Positions 58,265-64,000 of a stretch of DNA of 64,000 bases are shown here, piece after piece. The notes under the pieces are model-generated. The model was not told the DNA's origin and searched no databases. It saw nothing but the letters and a program-made list of their open reading frames with translations. This DNA is from an uncultured Planctomycetales bacterium (lineage in GTDB: Bacteria; Omnitrophota; Gorgyraeia; Zapsychrales; JANLHA01). The stretch is taken from assembly GCA_964374105.1 (NCBI GenBank), contig CAYJXI010000005.1, positions 12,440 through 76,439 of the forward strand. The letters are read 5' to 3'. Both the position numbers and the translations under genes were made by a program. The first letter of the stretch is position 1; every line of letters starts with the position of its first letter.

Positions 58265-58774
58265 ATGCAATGTGATATTTGCGGTAAAAAGAAGGCTACT
58301 GTCCATTTAACGGAGATCGTTGATGAACAGATGTCTGAAATGCATTTGTGCGAGGAATGTGCTCGCGAAAAAAGTGTCCAGATGGAACAGCAGTTTGGCT
58401 TAGCCGATCTTTTGGCGGGCTTAGCGGATTTCGGTAAGCAGGTCAAAGATTTTGAAAAGGTAAAATTAGAATGTCCTAACTGTACGATGAATTATGATGA
58501 TTTTAAAAAGTTAGGCCGGTTAGGATGCAGTGAATGTTATACGGCCTTTAAGGATCATCTGGCTACCTTACTGAAAAAAATTCATGGATCCAATTGTCAT
58601 TTGGGCAAATCACCGGAATCGATACCCAAATTGGGTAAAAAAAAGATGGAGGATTTACGCGATTTGCGCAACCAAATGCAACTGGCTATCCAAAATGAAG
58701 ATTTTGAAAAGGCAGCACAATTGCGGGATAAAATCCGTGATTTAGAGAAGAAAGAAGAAATAGGTAATCCTTAG
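58265..58774 (+). CDS. mcsA: McsA-like activator of protein arginine kinase (zinc fingers plus a C-terminal UVR motif)
   Basis: 169 aa. CDICGKK...HLCEECA and CPNC...CSECY Cys4 pairs. C-terminal UvrB/C-type motif EDFEKAAQLRDKIRDLE. Located immediately upstream of mcsB-clpC. Confidence 0.6.
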   Translation: MQCDICGKKKATVHLTEIVDEQMSEMHLCEECAREKSVQMEQQFGLADLLAGLADFGKQVKDFEKVKLECPNCTMNYDDFKKLGRLGCSECYTAFKDHLATLLKKIHGSNCHLGKSPESIPKLGKKKMEDLRDLRNQMQLAIQNEDFEKAAQLRDKIRDLEKKEEIGNP

Positions 58775-58802
58775 AAATTTAAGGGGGGGGTAGAAAATAG
58801 AC

Positions 58803-59855
58803 ATGACGCTCGATGATCTTATTCAACGCACCGGAGAGTGGATTAAAGGGACTGGTCCGAATTCCAATATTGTAATGTCTTCCAGGATTCGGCTAGCCCG
58901 AAATATAGCAAAAATTCCATTTTCCAACAAGGCCTCCAAAAAGGCTTTGCAAGAAGTGATGGATAGTATTCAGGCGGCGGTCAAAGATGATAACTATCTT
59001 AAGAATTCCCTATTTTTGAAGATGAACGAAATGGATAATATTGATAAACAGTTCTTAATTGAACGTCATCTGATGAGCCATGAACATGCAACCGGAATGG
59101 ATGGTAAGGCCTTGGTTGTGTCTACCGATGAGGTTGTCTCGATTATGATCAATGAAGAAGATCATTTAAGGATCCAGGTGATTCAATCAGGGTTTAATTT
59201 AGGGGAAACGTGGAATATCATCAATACGATTGATGATAACCTCTCTAGAAAGTTGGATTTTGCTTATTTATCGCAATGGGGATACCTAACGGCTTGTCCC
59301 ACCAACACCGGCACCGCGATGCGAGGGTCAGTGATGCTTCATTTGCCGGCCTTAGTTATGACAAAACAAATTAACAAGGTCTTAGCGGCTATTGCGAAGT
59401 TAGGATTCGCCTCACGCGGTTTTTATGGAGAGGGAACGCAGGCCAGAGGAAATTTTTATCAGATCTCTAACCAGGTTTCTCTGGGCCACAGTGAGGAGGA
59501 TATTATTCAGAATATTATCGGTTTGATTCGGCAAGTGATCGAACAAGAGGAACAAGGTCGTCAGGCTTTGGTTGTTCAGAATAAAGCGATGCTGGAGGAT
59601 AAGATTTTTCGTTCTTTGGGATTATTGAAGAATGCCTATATCATTTCCAGCCAAGAAACCATTGAGCTTCTTTCGATGGTGCGATTAGGAATTGATCTGG
59701 GGGTCATCAAGGAAATCGATCGCTTAACCATTAATGAGTTATTCATTACCATTCAACCTGCTCATCTTCAGAAGACGGAAGGGAAAAAATTATCCTCTTC
59801 CGCTCGAGATACAAAAAGAGCGAGTTTAATAAGACAAAAATTGGGAGGTCAATAG
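58803..59855 (+). CDS. mcsB: Protein arginine kinase McsB (ATP:guanido phosphotransferase family)
   Basis: 350 aa. Phosphagen-kinase catalytic signature ...TACPTNTGTAMRGSVMLHLP... and a conserved arginine-binding region. Confidence 0.8.
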   Translation: MTLDDLIQRTGEWIKGTGPNSNIVMSSRIRLARNIAKIPFSNKASKKALQEVMDSIQAAVKDDNYLKNSLFLKMNEMDNIDKQFLIERHLMSHEHATGMDGKALVVSTDEVVSIMINEEDHLRIQVIQSGFNLGETWNIINTIDDNLSRKLDFAYLSQWGYLTACPTNTGTAMRGSVMLHLPALVMTKQINKVLAAIAKLGFASRGFYGEGTQARGNFYQISNQVSLGHSEEDIIQNIIGLIRQVIEQEEQGRQALVVQNKAMLEDKIFRSLGLLKNAYIISSQETIELLSMVRLGIDLGVIKEIDRLTINELFITIQPAHLQKTEGKKLSSSARDTKRASLIRQKLGGQ

Positions 59856-62282
59856 ATGTTTAATAGATTCACAGAAAGAGCAAGAAAAGTCATCGTTTAT
59901 GCCAAGGAAGAGGCACGAAGATTTAATCACGATTATATTGGCACCGAGCATCTTCTCTTAGGTTTAATCCGCGAAGGAGAAGGGGTGGCCGCCGCGGTCC
60001 TGCAAAAATTGGGTCTGGATTTGGAGACAATCCGGATTGAGGTGGAGAAGTTAGTTCAGCCCGGTCCTCAGACCCAAGTCTTGGGGGATATCCCTTTTAC
60101 GCCTCGTTCGAAAAAGGCATTGGAATTATCCGCTGAGGAAGCGCGTGCCTTAGGGCATAATTACATTGGAACCGAACATCTTCTTTTAGGTTTAGTCAAA
60201 GAAGGGGAAGGAATGGCTTATCGGGTCCTTCTTAATTTAGGATTAGATTTAGGGAAATTACGCAATGAAGTGATGGAACTTTTGGGATCGGGAATTCCAG
60301 GGTTTGGATCCCAAGAGCCAGTGAAGATGGGGAAAACCCCTGCCATTGATGCCTATGGCCGCAATTTGAATAAATTGGCCAAAGAAGGGAAATTAGATCC
60401 CGTTATCGGCCGTCAGAATGAGATCGAAAGAATTGTGCAAATTTTAAGTCGCAGGACAAAGAACAATCCTGTCCTCTTGGGGGAGGCAGGGGTTGGGAAG
60501 ACTGCCATTGTGGAAGGATTAGCCCAGCTGATTGTTCAAGGTGATGTCCCTGAGCTCCTGAGGGATAAAAATATTATTGTCCTGGATCTGGCCCTTATGA
60601 TAGCCGGGACAAAATATCGGGGGCAATTTGAGGAGCGGATTAAGGCTATCATGGATGAAATCAAACGCTCGGGGAAAATCATTCTTTTTATTGATGAGTT
60701 GCATACGCTCGTTGGAGCAGGGGCGGCAGAGGGAGCCATTGATGCGGCCAATATTCTAAAACCAGCTTTGTCCCGAGGAGAAATCCAGTGCATTGGGGCA
60801 ACCACTCTGGATGAATATCGCAAACATATTGAAAAAGACGCGGCCCTAGAGAGACGTTTCCAACCCATCATCGTTGATCCTCCTACGGTGGAAGAGGCTA
60901 TCCAAATTATGAAAGGTCTTCGGGACAGGTATGAAGCTCATCATCGGGTCAAATATTCCGATGAGGCCTTGGAGGCGGCGGTGAGGTTATCGGATCGTTA
61001 TATCTCGGGGCGATTTTTACCGGATAAGGCGGTGGATATTTTGGATGAGGCTGGTTCACGGGCTCGTCTGAAAGCCATGGAGGTCCCCCAAGATATCAAG
61101 GATCTGGAAGGCCAGATTGAACAATTAAGAAAAGAAAAAGAATCCTATATCAAAAGTCAAGACTTTGAGAAGGCGGCCCACATGCGTGATGAAGAGCGGG
61201 GCATCCGAGAGAATTTGGAGAGAGCCCGCAATGAATGGCAGCAAAAACGAGATAATATTACTTTGACTTTAGGAGAGGATGATATCGCCAGGGTCATTTC
61301 CCAATGGACTAAGATCCCTCTTGTGCGTTTGGAGCAAAAGGAGAGCGAAAAGTTGCTCAATATGGAGCAACATATAAAAAAGGTTATCATAGGCCAGGAG
61401 GAGCCCATTGGGGCTATCGCTCGGGCCGTGCGTCGATCCCGGGCCGGCATTAAGAATCCTCGTCGGCCGATTGGTTCCTTTGTCTTTCTTGGGCCGACCG
61501 GTGTCGGGAAAACCCTTTTGGCTCGGGTCCTCTCTGAATTTATGTTTGGGGATGCAGAGGCCCTGATCCAAATTGATATGTCGGAATACATGGATAAATT
61601 CAATGTGTCTCGTCTTATCGGTGCTCCTCCGGGGTATGTGGGATATGAAGAGGGAGGGCAATTGACAGAAAAGGTGAGACGCAAGCCATATTCTGTGGTC
61701 CTTCTGGATGAGATTGAAAAAGCTCATCCAGATGTGTTCAATCTTCTGTTGCAAGTCTTTGAGGATGGCCGTTTGACGGACAGTTTGGGCCGCAAAGTGG
61801 ATTTTCGTAACACGATCATTATTATGACGTCTAATGTGGGAGCCGAGATGATCAGATCAAAAGCGGCTTTAGGATTTGTTTCTCAAAAAGGGGATACGAC
61901 CTATGAGGATATGAAGACCCGGTTGCTGGAAGAAATTAAAAAAGTTTTTAAACCGGAATTCTTAAATCGGATTGATGATATCATTGTTTTTAAATCGTTG
62001 ACAAGGGAAAGTCTTTATTCGATCGTTGATCTTGAGATTAAAGAGGTGGTTAAAAGACTTAAGGATAAAGAAATTGATATAGAATTAAATCAAGAGGCTA
62101 TTGAACTTTTTGTCGAAAAAGGATTTGATCCGATTTATGGGGCAAGACCCTTAAAAAGGACCATCCAACGCCTCCTTGAGGACCCCTTAGCCGAGGAAAT
62201 TATTGCCGGACAACATAAGGAAGGAAGCAAAATTAACGTCTCAAGGCATAATGATGCTCTTGTCTTTAATAAATCTAGATAA
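59856..62282 (+). CDS. clpC: ATP-dependent Clp protease ATP-binding subunit ClpC
   Basis: 808 aa. Duplicated Clp-N repeats ([11 protein letters not shown] twice). AAA+ D1 ([15 protein letters not shown]). UVR motif ([11 protein letters not shown]). AAA+ D2 ([12 protein letters not shown]). ClpP-binding IGF-type loop context. Start overlaps the mcsB stop. Confidence 0.85.
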   Translation: MFNRFTERARKVIVYAKEEARRFNHDYIGTEHLLLGLIREGEGVAAAVLQKLGLDLETIRIEVEKLVQPGPQTQVLGDIPFTPRSKKALELSAEEARALGHNYIGTEHLLLGLVKEGEGMAYRVLLNLGLDLGKLRNEVMELLGSGIPGFGSQEPVKMGKTPAIDAYGRNLNKLAKEGKLDPVIGRQNEIERIVQILSRRTKNNPVLLGEAGVGKTAIVEGLAQLIVQGDVPELLRDKNIIVLDLALMIAGTKYRGQFEERIKAIMDEIKRSGKIILFIDELHTLVGAGAAEGAIDAANILKPALSRGEIQCIGATTLDEYRKHIEKDAALERRFQPIIVDPPTVEEAIQIMKGLRDRYEAHHRVKYSDEALEAAVRLSDRYISGRFLPDKAVDILDEAGSRARLKAMEVPQDIKDLEGQIEQLRKEKESYIKSQDFEKAAHMRDEERGIRENLERARNEWQQKRDNITLTLGEDDIARVISQWTKIPLVRLEQKESEKLLNMEQHIKKVIIGQEEPIGAIARAVRRSRAGIKNPRRPIGSFVFLGPTGVGKTLLARVLSEFMFGDAEALIQIDMSEYMDKFNVSRLIGAPPGYVGYEEGGQLTEKVRRKPYSVVLLDEIEKAHPDVFNLLLQVFEDGRLTDSLGRKVDFRNTIIIMTSNVGAEMIRSKAALGFVSQKGDTTYEDMKTRLLEEIKKVFKPEFLNRIDDIIVFKSLTRESLYSIVDLEIKEVVKRLKDKEIDIELNQEAIELFVEKGFDPIYGARPLKRTIQRLLEDPLAEEIIAGQHKEGSKINVSRHNDALVFNKSR

Positions 62283-62355
62283 GACATTCCATCTATTAAT
62301 GGCCTTAGAGAAATTCACTTCTCTTGACCTATGAGGGCAATGTTTCTTTACGGTG

Positions 62356-62410
62356 CCGAAGCTAGTGGTTCGACCCCGCCTCTTGTCCCGCTAAGCGGGA
62401 CGGCGGGGCT
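62356..62410 (+). other. Nested GC-rich stem-loop structure downstream of clpC with a tRNA-like GGTTCGA motif but no cloverleaf
   Basis: CCCCGCC-TCTT-[GTCCCGC-TAA-GCGGGAC]-GGCGGGG nested hairpins (62371-62410), preceded by AGTGGTTCGACC. I could not fold a complete tRNA or a tmRNA tRNA-like domain, because no complementary acceptor strand is present. Confidence 0.3.
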
Positions 62411-62536
62411 CACCAGTAGTCCTCAAGCAAAGTGAAAAGATTAATTTGTCGAAGGACTAGAACTAAAAAAGAATTTGAAATCAGCTAAAAATCTAATGAT
62501 AAGGTTAAATCATTTGTTCGATTTAATTGCAAACGT

Positions 62537-63559
62537 TTGTCCCAATTCCGTTATCGGCTTCCCCTAATCACAGAACGATCCATGATCAGAAATTCGATTC
62601 TTTTTTGTATTATCGTAGTTTTTTGGATTGTTCCCATTCCCTTACTGGCAGATATTCATATCCCACTGGAAGGACAAATTGACTTTTTGAGAAAGAAACT
62701 GCATATAACGATCAATTCTATGAATGAGAATCCTATCCATGTGAACATTGTTCAAAGCTCTTCCGATTTTTATCATTTTGCTATCGATATGAATCAGCTA
62801 TCAACACCTCTTTTTGAAATTTCAACTTTGATTAAAGGAAAGTTCCAAGTGCAGAAAGCCAAGAAGGATGGGATTCTTTCCTTTCGGGGGAAGATTTGGA
62901 GTCAATATATATTGATCAATGATCAATCTGGCAGAGAATTTTTTGGCGAATTTCATTTTAAAAAAGACAGGTTGTATATTCGATCATTACATTTTAGAGG
63001 GGTCTTCTGCCGGGGGACAATTGAGATCATGCCACCCTATCATACCGAATTAGTTTTTAAGGTATCCTCGATGGCTCTTAAAGATTTTTTACTTTTTTTC
63101 GCAAGCCAAAAAAAATATAGGGCCCAGGGGAATGTGGATGGAGAAATCCTTGTTTCTGGAAATGCGGATCAACTGCAGTTGAAAGGGAATCTTTCAGCGT
63201 ATAAAGGATATATCAACAAACTTCAATTTAGCAATATCTTTGTGAATCTTACCGGGCAATGGCCCAGAGTTCAACTTTCAAATTCAACGATCACAAAAGA
63301 AGATGGCCTGATTTTTAACATTCTCGGTCAGATCGACCTTAATGACAGAAAGAATTATGTCAAACAAATCAAGGCATTAACGCTGACACCTTTGATCAAT
63401 AATGATCTTAACAAATCGGAGTGGACTTTAAAAAGGATTACCTCGAAAGAACACTTTGGTATCACTGAGTTCAAGTATCTTCGCCAAAAGGGAAATGAAA
63501 AGAATTTTCAGGAAGACAGTTCCGAGATGTTGAGAATTGAGCGAAAATTGGAATTTTAG
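62537..63559 (+). CDS. Hypothetical exported or membrane-anchored protein
   Basis: 340-aa ORF. Probable start at ATG 62582 (MIRNSILFCIIVVFWIVPIPLLA: signal or anchor). Beta-rich composition with no recognisable family. Confidence 0.5.
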   Translation: MSQFRYRLPLITERSMIRNSILFCIIVVFWIVPIPLLADIHIPLEGQIDFLRKKLHITINSMNENPIHVNIVQSSSDFYHFAIDMNQLSTPLFEISTLIKGKFQVQKAKKDGILSFRGKIWSQYILINDQSGREFFGEFHFKKDRLYIRSLHFRGVFCRGTIEIMPPYHTELVFKVSSMALKDFLLFFASQKKYRAQGNVDGEILVSGNADQLQLKGNLSAYKGYINKLQFSNIFVNLTGQWPRVQLSNSTITKEDGLIFNILGQIDLNDRKNYVKQIKALTLTPLINNDLNKSEWTLKRITSKEHFGITEFKYLRQKGNEKNFQEDSSEMLRIERKLEF

Positions 63560-63588
63560 AATAGTAGGGCGGTCCAAATTATTCAATT

Positions 63589-63773
63589 GTCATTCCTGCC
63601 TGACGGTAGGCAGGCGAAAGCAGTCCTTCGATTACACTTGAGGACTTTGCCCTTAAGCGAAGTCGAAGGGCAGGAATCCAGAAGGGGAATTTGGACCCCC
63701 GATTATCACGCCAAAGGCGTGATCCGCCTAGGGCGGAAAACATACCTGCCTGCCGGCGGGGGTGACAGAATCC
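63589..63773. repeat. Cluster of GC-rich palindromic elements including an inverted copy of the 39310-39462 element core
   Basis: GTCATTCCTGCC (63589-63600) ... GGGCAGGAATCC (63668-63679) TIR-like ends. Internal CCTGCC-TGACGGTA-GGCAGG. CGAAAGCAG, matching the reverse complement of CTGCTTTCG in the 39310 element. Then ATCACGCC-AAA-GGCGTGAT (63705-63723), CCGCC-TAG-GGCGG (63724-63736) and CCTGCCTGCCGGCGGG (63745-63760). The ORF-track 66-aa ORF here is probably spurious. Confidence 0.5.
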
Positions 63774-64000
63774 ATTTCTCGAATTAGCATCATCATCATC
63801 GATAAGTTATTACTATTTATTTTTTCCATTAATGTATGGTCACAACCTTAACCAGATCTCTATCTCCCATATTACGATTTATAGGCTATATAGGTCAGCT
63901 ATCGATTCTTCTTTGGCAAACCTTATGCTGGACATTTATCCCACCTTTTAAAAAGGATCGATTCCTTTTCCAGGCGCAAAGGGTAGGATGGGGGAGTTTT

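Noticed and set aside
62341-62415. Possible tRNA or tmRNA tRNA-like domain after clpC (GGTTCGA T-loop-like motif, ...CTCACCA end)
   Set aside because: No 5' acceptor strand complementary to the putative 3' end. The T-stem pairs only 4 bp. No D- or anticodon arm can be drawn. Too little space for a tmRNA. Kept only as a structured-RNA observation.
30455-63773. The GC-rich repeats as a possible CRISPR array
   Set aside because: Copies are kilobases apart, differ in orientation, are not separated by uniform spacers, and no cas genes are present.
63587-63787. 66-aa ORF MSFLPDGRQAKAVLRL...
   Set aside because: Composed of the GC-rich hairpin cluster at 63589-63773. No RBS. It reads through stem-loops.
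63789-63800. (CAT)4 microsatellite
   Set aside because: Trivial four-unit trinucleotide repeat at the window edge. No evident significance.

Overview
This 64-kb window comes from an AT-rich, LPS-containing diderm bacterium. The gene content (LpxC/FabZ fusion, LpxI, LolCDE, BamA-Skp, mcsA-mcsB-clpC) is compatible with a PVC/Omnitrophota-like lineage, but that placement is inference only.

The first 28 kb holds two tandem, same-strand, paralogous giant genes. Giant gene A runs 1..12255, is truncated at its 5' end by the window edge, and shows at least 4084 aa. Giant gene B runs 13096..27921 and encodes about 4941 aa. A small divergently transcribed PilZ-domain gene (12317..12844, minus strand) sits between them.

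Both giant proteins share a collinear C-terminal core of roughly 3100 aa with these conserved parts, in order:
- at least three AAA+ modules with recognisable Walker A and Walker B motifs (GPSGEGKT + NEIN, G(Y/E)PGGGKTS + LLDEG, NG(R/L)TGTAKTT + IDEANA), which look AAA_5/MoxR/dynein/midasin-like;
- a conserved HExxH motif (HELGHVMD);
- a C-terminal von Willebrand A domain with a complete MIDAS signature (D-x-S-G-S, then TDGxET);
- K/E/P-rich low-complexity linkers;
- a nearly identical 50-aa C-terminal tail (PPGGIDLNP...LPxPLQPIEQMKIxGFVPIIINITPI).

Giant B additionally starts with a canonical Sec signal peptide and carries an array of ~45-aa helical repeats. This midasin-like AAA+/vWA giant pair with an embedded c-di-GMP-receptor gene is the most unusual content in the window.

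The remaining 36 kb is a conserved housekeeping run:
- rmuC, pgeF, cutA, a TlpA-like thioredoxin, a PpiD-like chaperone, an orphan hisG, a 33-aa bS22-like ORF, a TPR protein, ispE, a spoVG-zinc-ribbon fusion, tRNA-Gln(UUG), glmU, prs, ctc/rplY, pth;
- rpsF-ssb-rpsR-rplI-dnaB;
- bamA-skp-lpxD-lpxC/fabZ-lpxA-lpxI;
- lysS, lolC/E-lolD, a class IV aminotransferase, mcsA-mcsB-clpC.

The run is interrupted at 51.4-53.7 kb by a small AT-rich accessory islet holding a truncated DNA methyltransferase remnant and orphan ORFs.

Several intergenic regions contain GC-rich palindromic elements that stand out against the AT-rich background. At least one, at 39310..39462, is bounded by 21-bp terminal inverted repeats and looks MITE-like. 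No rRNA genes or CRISPR arrays were found.
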